This document shows positions 10,849-24,624 of a stretch of DNA of 64,000 nucleotides, one piece after another. A program made the position numbers and the translations under genes. Under the pieces are notes generated by a model that saw only the letters and a program-made list of their open reading frames with translations, was not told the origin of the DNA and did no database searches. Numbering within the stretch: the first letter of the stretch is position 1; each line of letters opens with the position of its first letter. Origin of the DNA: an uncultured Chloroflexia bacterium (lineage in GTDB: Bacteria > Chloroflexota > Limnocylindria > Limnocylindrales > CSP1-4); assembly GCA_963748625.1 (NCBI GenBank), contig CAVVJT010000007.1, forward strand, positions 384,001 through 448,000, written 5' to 3'.

Positions 10849-11889
10849 TCAGGCCGGGTCGCGCTGCATGAACCAGACGCGGGGCCCGCCGCCCGGCGCA
10901 TCCTCGGCGAGGATCACCCGGAATCCGAACCGCTCGTACAGTCCGACGTTGGCGGGCGTGCCCGTCTCGAGGATCAGGGGGTGTCCGTCGGCGGCCGCCA
11001 GCCCGATCGCGTGCTCCAGCAGCGCCCTGCCGATGCCCCGACCCTGCGCTGCAGGCTCCACCGCGAGCTGGTCGAGAAACCAGTGCGGCTCCTTGGGCGT
11101 GCGCTCGGCCACCCAGTCCCAGAACGCCTGGTAGCGGACGGCGCCGTCCGGGGTGAGCGCGGCGAGCGCGTCGTCGGCGTCGTGGAGGAGATCCGCCTCC
11201 CGCTCCATGGAGCCCGGCGGCTCCAGCACCATCGCGCCGAGCCCGTCGGCCGCCTCCCACATCCAGCCCTCGCGCGCGAACACGTCGTCCACCACGAGGA
11301 ACTGGTCGCGGACGCGGCGCGGGCGGTCCGGGCCGTCGCCCATCGGCCACCAGGACATGGGCTCCGTGGCCATCGCGCGCGCGAGCACACCGGCGAGGTG
11401 CGGCACACGCTCGCGGCCGGCGGCGACGACGAGGCGGGACGCGGCGGGCGGCGATGGGACGTCGAGACGCTCCACCACCCGGAAGCGCTCGAGGACGACG
11501 AGCGTGTCGTCGTCCAGCACGAGGTCCGGGCGCCTGGCCTGGACCCGAAGGTCGTCCAGGTAGCTGCCCCAGAAGCGCTCGTGGGTGACGCGGAACTCGG
11601 CGGCATTCGCGTAGCCCTCGCCCTCGTCGATGGCGTGCGCATCGTCGACGTCGGCCAGGCGGGCCACGCGGACGGCCGTGGTCTCCACGATGGCTACCGG
11701 CTTGCCGTCGGAGTCCAGGAGCACCTGGCGGTCACCTGGTGCCTCGACCTCCTCGCCGTCGAGCTCGAACTCGAGCAGCAGGCCCGCGGTGGCGGTCTTC
11801 GTCCCGGCAAGCGCGAGCGCCGTGAGCTCGTCGCGGATGGGGCCCGGGAATGCGAAGCCCCAGGAGGGCAGCGGATCGGCGTGGCGCAT
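10849..11889 (-). CDS. ASCH domain-GNAT acetyltransferase fusion protein
   Basis: N-half: GPIRDELTALALAGTKTAT...HAIDEGEG...HERFW (ASCH). C-half: HWFLDQLAVEPAAQGRGIG...LET...NVGLYERFGF (GNAT). Start MRHADP is internal to the longer called ORF. Confidence 0.85.
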   Translation of the reverse strand: MRHADPLPSWGFAFPGPIRDELTALALAGTKTATAGLLLEFELDGEEVEAPGDRQVLLDSDGKPVAIVETTAVRVARLADVDDAHAIDEGEGYANAAEFRVTHERFWGSYLDDLRVQARRPDLVLDDDTLVVLERFRVVERLDVPSPPAASRLVVAAGRERVPHLAGVLARAMATEPMSWWPMGDGPDRPRRVRDQFLVVDDVFAREGWMWEAADGLGAMVLEPPGSMEREADLLHDADDALAALTPDGAVRYQAFWDWVAERTPKEPHWFLDQLAVEPAAQGRGIGRALLEHAIGLAAADGHPLILETGTPANVGLYERFGFRVILAEDAPGGGPRVWFMQRDPA

Positions 11890-11931
11890 GCGCGCATCGT
11901 ATGGGCTGGCGCGATGGGCGAAACTACCGCC

Positions 11932-12507
11932 ATGGAACCCACGCCCGCCGCCGCCACCGACCAGCAGGCGCCTGACCGCGTCCTCGACCCCACCTACGCC
12001 GACCTGCGCGCGGCGCCGCGCGACGCCGCGCCCGTGCTCTCGCTCGTCGCCCGGCCCGGCACCGACGAGCGCGTCACCGTCACCGAGGCCGTCCTCGACG
12101 AGGTTGAGGGCATGGTCGGCGACGACTGGAGAGCGCGCGGCAGCTGGTCCAAGGCGGGTCAGGAGGCGAACCTCGAGGCCCAGCTCACGCTGATGAGCAC
12201 GCGGGTGCTCGCGGCGATCGAGCCTGACCCTTCCCGCTGGCCGATCGCGGGCGACCAGGTCCTGCTGGACCTCGACCTGTCGGAGGAGAACCTCCCGGCG
12301 GGCACGCGTCTGCTCCTTGGCGACGCCGAGGTGGAGGTCACCGCGCTCCCTCACACCGGCTGCTCCAAGTTCGCGGCCCGCTTCGGCCGTGACGCCCTGC
12401 GCTGGATCTCCACGCACGAGGGGCGGGCTCTGCGGATGCGCGGGATGTACGTGCGGGTCGTCCGAAGTGGGACGGTGCGCACCGGCGACATCGTCCGCAA
12501 GGCCTGA
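11932..12507 (+). CDS. MOSC domain protein
   Basis: GMVGDDW, QLTLMSTR, GDQVLLDLDLSEENLPAGTRL, PHTGCSKF, RGMYVRVVRSGTVRTGD. Alternative ATG at 11914. Confidence 0.88.
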   Translation: MEPTPAAATDQQAPDRVLDPTYADLRAAPRDAAPVLSLVARPGTDERVTVTEAVLDEVEGMVGDDWRARGSWSKAGQEANLEAQLTLMSTRVLAAIEPDPSRWPIAGDQVLLDLDLSEENLPAGTRLLLGDAEVEVTALPHTGCSKFAARFGRDALRWISTHEGRALRMRGMYVRVVRSGTVRTGDIVRKA

Positions 12508-12732
12508 TCGCCGGCGTCGCGCCCGGTGCCGTCGCCCAACGCACGCTCCCATCGGTCGCCCGGGGCGTGGGAAGCTCCGGATACGACCATGCTCGGTCGG
12601 ATTGCGGCTCCCCATGCCCCAACGCGACGGCGATCAGGGGCGACGAGGGGCGTTTCGGGGCCTGCAGCGCCCCAAGCCGCCGGTGGGCGGTCGAAACCGG
12701 GGCATGGGAAGCCCCGGCCGACGGCGCATGAC

Positions 12733-13293
12733 CTACCAGACGTCCCCTGCGCGCCAGTCGCAGGCGATCGGGCCGTGGACATCCAGGCCGGCTGGCGTGC
12801 GCGGCGTGCGCAGGATCATGATCCCGCCGTCCTCGTCGGGCGTGGGCTGTGGCCCGGTGGCGAGCTTCACGAACGACGGCCCGCGCCAGTGTTCCCAGCC
12901 GCTCGAACGGTAGACGGCCGCAACGTCGGTCGAGAGCGCGCCCAGGTCGAAGCCGTCGCGGATGTGCGCGTTCGCCTGCCCGAGCAGCCTCGACGCCACC
13001 CCACGCCGCTGCCAGGTCGGGTGGGTGCAGACGGCCTCCACGTAGCCGACGAGCGTCCGCTGCCCGCCGACGTCGAACCAGCGCGGCACCACGCTCGCGT
13101 GGCCCACGATGCGCCCGCAGGCCTCGGCCAGCCAGTGGACTCCGCCCATCGCGTGGTTGACGTCGTCCGCGGTGAACTCGCCGGTGGGCCAGCAGACGCC
13201 GAACAGGTCGAGCAGCTGCGCGAGGTCGGCGGCCCCGAGGTCCTCGGCCGTCACGCGCCGGACCTGGACCTGCTCCGGCATCGGCGAGGTCAC
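12733..13293 (-). CDS. GNAT acetyltransferase, AAC(2')-I-like
   Basis: FTADDVNHAMGGVH, GYVEAVCTHPTWQRRGVA, WRGP, PTPDEDGG and C-terminal CDWRAGDVW, as in aminoglycoside 2'-N-acetyltransferases. Confidence 0.85.
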   Translation of the reverse strand: MTSPMPEQVQVRRVTAEDLGAADLAQLLDLFGVCWPTGEFTADDVNHAMGGVHWLAEACGRIVGHASVVPRWFDVGGQRTLVGYVEAVCTHPTWQRRGVASRLLGQANAHIRDGFDLGALSTDVAAVYRSSGWEHWRGPSFVKLATGPQPTPDEDGGIMILRTPRTPAGLDVHGPIACDWRAGDVW

Positions 13294-13297
13294 GAAG

Positions 13298-13675
13298 CTA
13301 CCGCTGCTTGGCGGCGATGGCGTCAGCGACCTCCTCGCAGCGGATGCGCACGATCCGCCCGATGAGATCGACCGGCAGCTCCAGCTTCGTCGGGAACTGC
13401 AGGGTGCCGCGCCCTTTCACGTAGGGGGCGACCTCGTCGCCCAGCTGCTCCACCACCACGTCGCTCGCCGGGAACAGCGAGTCGTGCGCCTTGAACGCGC
13501 CGATCGAGCAGACGAAGTGCGGACCCACCTTGTAGGCGGGCATGTCGTAGGAGATCACCTCGACGGCGTCACCCGCCGACGCGAGCACGGTGGCCCGCAG
13601 CAGCTCGAAGCGCTCCAGGCGCTCCGGGGACAGCGCGCCGAGGTACTCCTCGACGCTGGAGGGCTTGAAGGGCAT
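13298..13675 (-). CDS. DUF1801/YdhG-like (iron chaperone-like) protein
   Basis: SVEEYL, EVISYDMPAY, FKAHDSLFP, GTLQFP...LPVDLI. Confidence 0.85.
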   Translation of the reverse strand: MPFKPSSVEEYLGALSPERLERFELLRATVLASAGDAVEVISYDMPAYKVGPHFVCSIGAFKAHDSLFPASDVVVEQLGDEVAPYVKGRGTLQFPTKLELPVDLIGRIVRIRCEEVADAIAAKQR

Positions 13676-13678
13676 CGC

Positions 13679-18120
<4,442 letters not shown>

Positions 18121-18124
<4 letters not shown>

Positions 18125-18852
18125 CGACGGCCCTTCCCGCCGTCCGCCTCACCGGATCCGCTGCCCCCGCCGAGGATCCTGCGCCAGCCGGTCGTGGTGC
18201 GGCGGATGCCGTCGCCACCGGCTGGGCCACCGGGCTCGCCGGGCGCCGGGAGGCCCGGGCCATCGCCGGGGTCCGCACCGGGCGCCTGCATCTCGAACGC
18301 GTTGAAGCGGTTGGCCGCCTTGGAGGTGCCGACCCGCGCCCACTCCTCGACGGCATCCGCGGCGGCGTCGAGCAGGATGGGCAGCCGGGTCCGCTCGTCG
18401 GGCGCGAACGTGCTCAGGACGTGGTCCACCGCGCCTCGCCCGGGCTCCCCGATCCCCACCCGCAGGCGGCTGTACTTCTCGGTGCCCAGCTCGTCGATGA
18501 TCGAGCGCAGCCCGTTGTGGCCGCCGTGCGATCCGGACTCGCGGAAGCGCAGCTTGCCGAACGGCAGCGCGAAGTCGTCGGCGATCACCAGCATCTCGAG
18601 GAGCGGCACCCGGTTCGACGCGAGCAGCTTGCGCACCGCGACGCCCGAGTCGTTCATGTAGGTCTGGGGCTTGGCCAGGATCAGCTCCAGGCCCCTGGTG
18701 CGCAGCTCGATCACGGAGGACGCGTCGCGGTTGCGGCCACGCCCGGACCGCCCGGCACGGTCGGCAAGGCGGTCCAGGACCATCCAGCCGATGTTGTGGC
18801 GGGTCTCCGCGTACTGGTTGCCGGGGTTCCCCAGGCCGACGACGAGCTTCAC
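18121..18852 (-). CDS. pth: Peptidyl-tRNA hydrolase
   Basis: MKLVVGLGNPG, TRHNIG, KPQTYMNDSG, GGHNGLRSI, RLRVGIG; low-complexity C-terminal tail. Confidence 0.97.
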
Positions 18853-19302
18853 GTGCGGGGCGCTGCCTCATGCGACCGTGCGCCCGGCCGGCGGACCCGG
18901 CGAGGACACGGCGAACGGCCCCGGGACGGCGTCCGACGGGGCTCGCCGTGCATGGTACCGCGCCCGTCGAGGCGGGCTCGCGCGGCGGTCCGAAGCCTCG
19001 TCCGCATCACATCACTCGGGAGGACGCGCCTCAGGGCCCGTTGGTCGACCACCCGCTCAGCGGGCCTTGCGTGCGGACTTCCACGCAATCGTGCCGCCCA
19101 GCGGCAAGCCAGGCTCCCAGGGCGCCGAAACCCGGTTCAACGGCCCGCCCGGCGGCCGATCTGTGCAGGATCCTGCACGCAGTGCCCGATGGGCGGGAGA
19201 TTCGGGGCGAGCTGCCCGGTGGACGGGAGCACGAGGGGAGCGAGACGTTCGGCCATGCCTGACGCCCCTTGCCGCTGCAGCCCGGCGGCGCCATACCTCT
19301 GT

Positions 19303-19332
19303 TGTCACGCCCCGCGGCCTCGGGGCGTCACA
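19303..19332 (+). promoter_or_regulatory. ECF-sigma-type promoter candidate upstream of A2M-like gene 1
   Basis: TGTCAC-N17-CGTCACA, 95 nt before the ATG; same motif and spacing as upstream of paralog 2. Confidence 0.7.
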
Positions 19333-19397
19333 TATCGCGGTTGCCACCCACGGACCCTGCCATGCACCCGATCCGCGGCGACCCGGGAGCTGACGCC

Positions 19398-22300
19398 ATG
19401 ATCGGCACACCCACGCCGCGTCCTTCCACCTCGCTTGATCGCCGGCCCTGGCTGACGCGCCTGGGCGCCCTCGCGGCGGCCGTCGTGCTGGTGGCGACCT
19501 GCGCCAGTCCGTCGCCGACACCGTCGCAGAGCGTCACGTCGGACGGCCGAACCCCTGGAACGGCGGCCGCCCCCGGCACCACCGCGGCGCCTGGCGCAAC
19601 GCCCGAACCCGAGTGGGAGGCCGTGACCCCCACCCTCGCCGATGCCGTCGCCACGCTTGAGCCGACACGCACCGTGCCGGCCGGCATCCCGCTGAATTCC
19701 GCATTCCGGCTTGCAAGCCTCACGGGCGAGGACGCCGTCGCGCTCGCCGCCGGTCTCTCGGCCGAGCCAGCCGTGGAGCTGCAGGTCGCCCGCGCCGATG
19801 ACGGGGCCGCCATCGTCACCCCCGTCCTCCCGCTCCGCGCGTCCACGCTGTACCGCTTCACGCTCACCGGCGAGGACGGCACGGTCCGGGGCTCCTGGCC
19901 CGTCCAGACGATCCGTGACCTGCGGATCGCGCACACCATCCCGGCGGAGGAATCCGACTTCGTCCCGGTCACCACCGGCATCGAGATCACCTTCAACGTC
20001 GACGGGGTGCGTCTCGCCGACGCCGAGCCCTACATCACCTTCGATCCGCCCATCAGCGGGCACTTCGAGCAGAGCGGCCGCAGCATCGCCTACGTGCCCG
20101 ACGAGCCCCTCACCCCCGCATCGCGCTATCACCTCAGGGTGGGCCGGGGTCTCCCGCTCGCCGGCACCGACCGGGTGCTCGAGGACGAGTTCGACCTCTG
20201 GTTCTCGACCACCGGCTTCACCGAGCCCGAGCTGCGCGTGTGGTTCCAGCGCACGCTCGTGGAGGCCGGCACCGCCGACACGGCCGTCTTCCCGGTGTCG
20301 GTGAACCGCCGCTACGACGAGAACGACGAGCCGATCGGCAAGGTCCCCGCCCGCCTCGACATCACCGTTCACCGCCTCCCTGGCATGACCGAGGCCATCG
20401 CGGGCTGGCGCAGCGTCGGTGCCTACTGGTGGGACATGTCGTCCGTCCTGGGGGCGATCGAGACGGCAGGCCTGCCGCTCGTCGTCGACGCCAGCGTGCG
20501 GCTCCGTGACTTCGGCCCCACGCAGCAGGACGACGACAGCCGGTGGTTCCGCCTGCCGGCGGCGCTGCCCGCAGGCTGGTACGTCGCCACGGTGGCACTG
20601 CCCGGGTCCACCAGCCAGGCCGTCCTCCAGGTCACCGATGTCGCCGTGTACGCCCTCACGACCACCACCCGGTCGGTCGTCTGGGCCAATGACCTCGCCA
20701 CCGGCGACCCACTCGACGGGGCCACCGTCCACCTCGGCGACCGGGCGCTCGGTGCCACCGATGCCCGCGGCCTCCTGGAGACCCGGATCGGGACCGCCAC
20801 CGACGAGACGCCCTTGCAGGAGCTGCCCGTGCTGATCGTGCGCGATGGCGACCGCGCGGCCTTCACCGTCGCGGGCGACCCCGAGTGCGGCAAGTGCGGC
20901 GGCGGCGAAGGCAACCCCTGGTGGCGCCTGTTGCAGCTGGACCGCTCCCGCTACCGCACCACCGACACAGTCGCGGGCTGGGGCGTCGTACGCGCCCGCA
21001 ACGACGGCTCCGTGCCGACCACGGTCACCGTCAGCCTGACGGCCTGGGACGATGCGTCCGGCGCCGACATCGCCATCAGCAAGACGACCATCACACCCGA
21101 TGCCAGGGGCGCATTCCTGGTCCAGCTCCCGCTGGACGACGTGCCCCCCGGCGACTACACGGCCGAGGTCGAGGTCGGAGGCGACACCATCGCGTCGGCC
21201 TCCTTCTCCGTCGGCGAGATCCTCAAGCCGGCCTGGTCCGTGGAAGTCGCGCCCGCGCGCCACGCCGTCCTCGCTGGGGCCAAGGTGGGCGTCGATGTTC
21301 ACGCGGCGTTCTTCGAGGGCACCCCGGTCGCCGGGACCACGCTCAAGGTCGGCCAGCGCCGACCGCTCGTGCGGGTCACCACGGACCTCGAGGGCAACGC
21401 CTCGGCGTCCGTCACCATCAGTCCCCGCCGCTCCGAGTCCGAGGGCATGCCCTGGTGGATCACGTCCGTCGGCGCCACCCCTCTCGACGCGGAGGAGGCG
21501 CAGATCAGCGGGGCCGCAGAGATCGCCGTGTTCCGGGCCAAGGTGCTCCCGGTGGTCGAGGCGGTGGCGACCGCGTCACGCCTGAAGGTGACCGGGCGCG
21601 TCCACGACGTCGCCTTCGGGCGGTTCGAGAACCCGCCTGCGGGCGGCCTCTGGGCCGTGGACCCGTACGGCGCTCCGCGCAAGGGCGCCCGGGTGGACGT
21701 CCGTGTCCGCCAGCACTTCTACACGAGCACCCGGATCGGCAGCACCTACGATTTCATCTCCAAGCAGACGATCCCGCTCTACCAGACGCGTGAACGGATC
21801 GTCGACCTGGGCACCCGGACCCTCCGGACGAACGCCCAGGGCCGGTTCGGGCTGCGGCTGCCGGTCAGCGGACCCAGCAACGGGTACGAGGTCATCGTCA
21901 CCGCCTACGACGCCAAGGGGCGTACGGCGAAGGTGGAGACCTGGGGCGATGCGCCCGCCACGGTCGACGTGCCGGAGATCGGCGCCAGCCTGGAGGGCCC
22001 CGGCACCTGGGACTTCCCGGTCGAGCTGTCCATCGGCGAGCGGGCACGCGTGGACTTCACGGGTGGCGCCGGCACCACGCGTGACAGCCGGTACCTCTGG
22101 ACGATCGCGCAGTCCGGCCTGCGGGACGTGGTGCTCACCACGCGCCCGAACATCTCGCTCTCGTTCAAGAAGGCGTGGGTCCCGGCCGCCCACGTGAACG
22201 CCGTGCGGTTCACCGGGGACGGGTACGAGGTCCCCAACAACAACGTGGCCCTGCTGTTCGACACCGGCGACCGGCAGCTGTCGGTGGCGATGTCCGCCGA

Positions 22301-24422
22301 CAAGGCCAGGTATCGGCCGGGCGACTCGGCGACCGTGGACATCCGGGTCCGCGACCCGCAGGGGAACCCGGTCAGCGCATCCGTCTATGTGCGGGCCATC
22401 GACGAGAAGTTGTTCGCAATCGGCGCGGCCGGCATGGAAGACCCGCTGGCGCAGCTGTACGTGGACGACGGCTCGGGGGTGATCGGCATTGGCTGGACCC
22501 ACCACGACCCGCGGCCGGTGAGCGACGGCGGTGGCGGAGACACCACGGGCGGTGGCGGGGAGCGCTCGGACTTCCGGGACTGGCTCGTCAACACGATCGT
22601 CAGCACGGACGCACGGGGGCACGCGTCCGTCACGTTCCCGGTGTCCGACGATCTCACCTCCTGGCGGATCATCGGGGAGGCGGTCAGCGACGACCTGTCC
22701 CTGGGTTCCGGCATCGTGAGCATCCCGGTGTCGATCCCGTTCTTCGCCGAGGCCACCATCGCGCCCTCGTACCTGGTCACGGACCGGCCGATCGTGGCCG
22801 CACGTGGCTTCGGCGGTGGCATGGCGGCCGGGTCGACTGTCAGCTTCACCTTCTCGTCAGACACCCTCGGCCTGGCGGCGACCACCGTCACGGCCAAGGC
22901 ATTCCGCCCCGCGGAGATCCGCCTGCCGGCCCTGGCGCCCGGCACCCACACGCTCCGGATCGAGGCCGTGACGGGCACCGGCAGCAGCGCCCAGCGCGAC
23001 GTGCTCGTCCGGACGTTCGAGGTGGTGGGGCCACGTGCCGTCCAGGCCCGGACCACGTCGTCCGAGCTCACGGCCCGGACCCCGGTCACCGCGGGCGAGG
23101 GCTTCACCACGCTCATCCTCTCCGATGCCGGCCGCGGCCGGGTCATCCCCACCCTCCAGGAGCTCGCCGACGGCACCCCGACGCGCGGCGACAGCGCATT
23201 GGCCGCAGGCGTCGCCCGCCGTGTCCTCGCCGACACGTTCGGCATCGACGATGGCGGCACCGCACCGGACGTATCCGGCTTCATGCGCTCCGGCGGCTAC
23301 TCGGTGGTCCCGTGGGGCGGCGGTGAGCTCCAGCTCACGGCGCTCGCGACCATGACCGGCGACCCGCGCGTGCGGGGCGTCGCCTACTGGTTCGAGGAGG
23401 CTGAGACCGGCACCCGCGAGAGCGATCTCTACGCGCTCGCAGGGCGCGCGGCGGCCGGCGAGCCGGTGCTCGACGAGATCCGTGCCTTCCTGGACGCCAC
23501 CGACCTGACGGTGGCCGAGCAGGTGGCCCTGGGGCTCGCACTCGTCGCCGCCGGCGACGAGGCGGGCGCGCGCACCATCGAGCAGGGGCTGGTCCGTGAC
23601 CATGCCCAGCGGTACGGGCCGTGGGTCCGGATCACCGGTGGCGGCTCCGTGGGTGACAGCCTCATGACGTCGCGCGCGGCGATTGTGGCCGCATGGCTGG
23701 GCGATCCGCTTGCGGCCGGCATGGACGCGTTCGTGGCCGACAACCCGCCGAAGGACACGCTGCTCGACCTCGAGCGCGCGCTGGCTGCGGCAGCCTGGGC
23801 CGCCCGGATGCCGGCCTCGAAGGCATCGGCGACGCTCACCGTCGACGGAAGCGCCCGCACGCTCGACATCGTCGGCGGGCAGGCGGCGACGGTGGTGCTC
23901 ACGCCCGCCCAGGCCGCAGCGGCTGTGCTGGAGCCGGCCTCGGGGTCGGTCGTCGTGACCACCCGCACGGCGGTCCCGCTCGGGACGGACACCCTGGAAC
24001 CGGTGGACGGCCTCACGGTCCAGCGCACCATCTCGCCATCTGATGGGCTCGATGCCACCGACAGGGTGCGCGTGACGCTCCGGGTGACGGTTCCGTCACC
24101 CACCGCCGAGGGCTGCTGGATGGTCACCGAGACGGTGCCGTCCGGCCTGCGGCCAGTCGTATCCATCGGCGATGAGTACGACGAGGACGAGGGCGGGTCC
24201 GCCGAGGCCGAACCCTGGAGCGTCGCGGGCCAGCAGCTGCGCTGGTGCGTGACAAGGGACGAGGCGGGCGGGCAGCCGCCCACGATCACCTACCTCGCGC
24301 GCGTCCTCACCGCGGGGACGTACACGTGGGAGCCGGCGGTGGTGCAGTCGGCGCTGGCGCCGGACCACGGGACGATCCTGCCGGCGACGACAGTCACGAT
24401 CCGGGGCCTCACAGGCGACTGA
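19398..24422 (+). CDS. Alpha-2-macroglobulin-like lipoprotein 1 (Ig-like + MG domains, thioester-less)
   Basis: Signal peptide/lipobox-like VVLVATC; TTGIEITF Ig-like domain; LDRSRYRTTDTV (MG2); ADKARYRPGDSAT; RSDFRDW...DDLTSWRI (A2M domain); YLARVLTAGTYTWEPA C-terminus. Confidence 0.88.
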   Translation: MIGTPTPRPSTSLDRRPWLTRLGALAAAVVLVATCASPSPTPSQSVTSDGRTPGTAAAPGTTAAPGATPEPEWEAVTPTLADAVATLEPTRTVPAGIPLNSAFRLASLTGEDAVALAAGLSAEPAVELQVARADDGAAIVTPVLPLRASTLYRFTLTGEDGTVRGSWPVQTIRDLRIAHTIPAEESDFVPVTTGIEITFNVDGVRLADAEPYITFDPPISGHFEQSGRSIAYVPDEPLTPASRYHLRVGRGLPLAGTDRVLEDEFDLWFSTTGFTEPELRVWFQRTLVEAGTADTAVFPVSVNRRYDENDEPIGKVPARLDITVHRLPGMTEAIAGWRSVGAYWWDMSSVLGAIETAGLPLVVDASVRLRDFGPTQQDDDSRWFRLPAALPAGWYVATVALPGSTSQAVLQVTDVAVYALTTTTRSVVWANDLATGDPLDGATVHLGDRALGATDARGLLETRIGTATDETPLQELPVLIVRDGDRAAFTVAGDPECGKCGGGEGNPWWRLLQLDRSRYRTTDTVAGWGVVRARNDGSVPTTVTVSLTAWDDASGADIAISKTTITPDARGAFLVQLPLDDVPPGDYTAEVEVGGDTIASASFSVGEILKPAWSVEVAPARHAVLAGAKVGVDVHAAFFEGTPVAGTTLKVGQRRPLVRVTTDLEGNASASVTISPRRSESEGMPWWITSVGATPLDAEEAQISGAAEIAVFRAKVLPVVEAVATASRLKVTGRVHDVAFGRFENPPAGGLWAVDPYGAPRKGARVDVRVRQHFYTSTRIGSTYDFISKQTIPLYQTRERIVDLGTRTLRTNAQGRFGLRLPVSGPSNGYEVIVTAYDAKGRTAKVETWGDAPATVDVPEIGASLEGPGTWDFPVELSIGERARVDFTGGAGTTRDSRYLWTIAQSGLRDVVLTTRPNISLSFKKAWVPAAHVNAVRFTGDGYEVPNNNVALLFDTGDRQLSVAMSADKARYRPGDSATVDIRVRDPQGNPVSASVYVRAIDEKLFAIGAAGMEDPLAQLYVDDGSGVIGIGWTHHDPRPVSDGGGGDTTGGGGERSDFRDWLVNTIVSTDARGHASVTFPVSDDLTSWRIIGEAVSDDLSLGSGIVSIPVSIPFFAEATIAPSYLVTDRPIVAARGFGGGMAAGSTVSFTFSSDTLGLAATTVTAKAFRPAEIRLPALAPGTHTLRIEAVTGTGSSAQRDVLVRTFEVVGPRAVQARTTSSELTARTPVTAGEGFTTLILSDAGRGRVIPTLQELADGTPTRGDSALAAGVARRVLADTFGIDDGGTAPDVSGFMRSGGYSVVPWGGGELQLTALATMTGDPRVRGVAYWFEEAETGTRESDLYALAGRAAAGEPVLDEIRAFLDATDLTVAEQVALGLALVAAGDEAGARTIEQGLVRDHAQRYGPWVRITGGGSVGDSLMTSRAAIVAAWLGDPLAAGMDAFVADNPPKDTLLDLERALAAAAWAARMPASKASATLTVDGSARTLDIVGGQAATVVLTPAQAAAAVLEPASGSVVVTTRTAVPLGTDTLEPVDGLTVQRTISPSDGLDATDRVRVTLRVTVPSPTAEGCWMVTETVPSGLRPVVSIGDEYDEDEGGSAEAEPWSVAGQQLRWCVTRDEAGGQPPTITYLARVLTAGTYTWEPAVVQSALAPDHGTILPATTVTIRGLTGD

Positions 24423-24531
24423 GTTGGCAGGCCTGGCGCCGGGCCGGCGGGTCCGGCGCCAGGTCGATCTCAGGCCGACACCAGGCAGCAGCAGGCGACG
24501 TCCGTCAGCACCGAGCGGCGCATGCTGTGCA

Positions 24532-24561
24532 TGTCACGTCCCGGGGCAACGACGCGTCACA
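24532..24561 (+). promoter_or_regulatory. ECF-sigma-type promoter candidate upstream of A2M-like gene 2
   Basis: TGTCAC-N17-CGTCACA, 93 nt before the ATG at 24625. Confidence 0.7.
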
Positions 24562-24624
24562 CAGCACGGTTGCGATCGCGGAGCCGGCCCATACCTGACC
24601 CGCGACGACCTCGGGAGCAATGAG

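Noticed and set aside
10849-12615. 588-aa ORF as the full ASCH-GNAT protein
   Set aside because: The first ~240 aa are antisense to the MOSC gene; the true start is at 11889.
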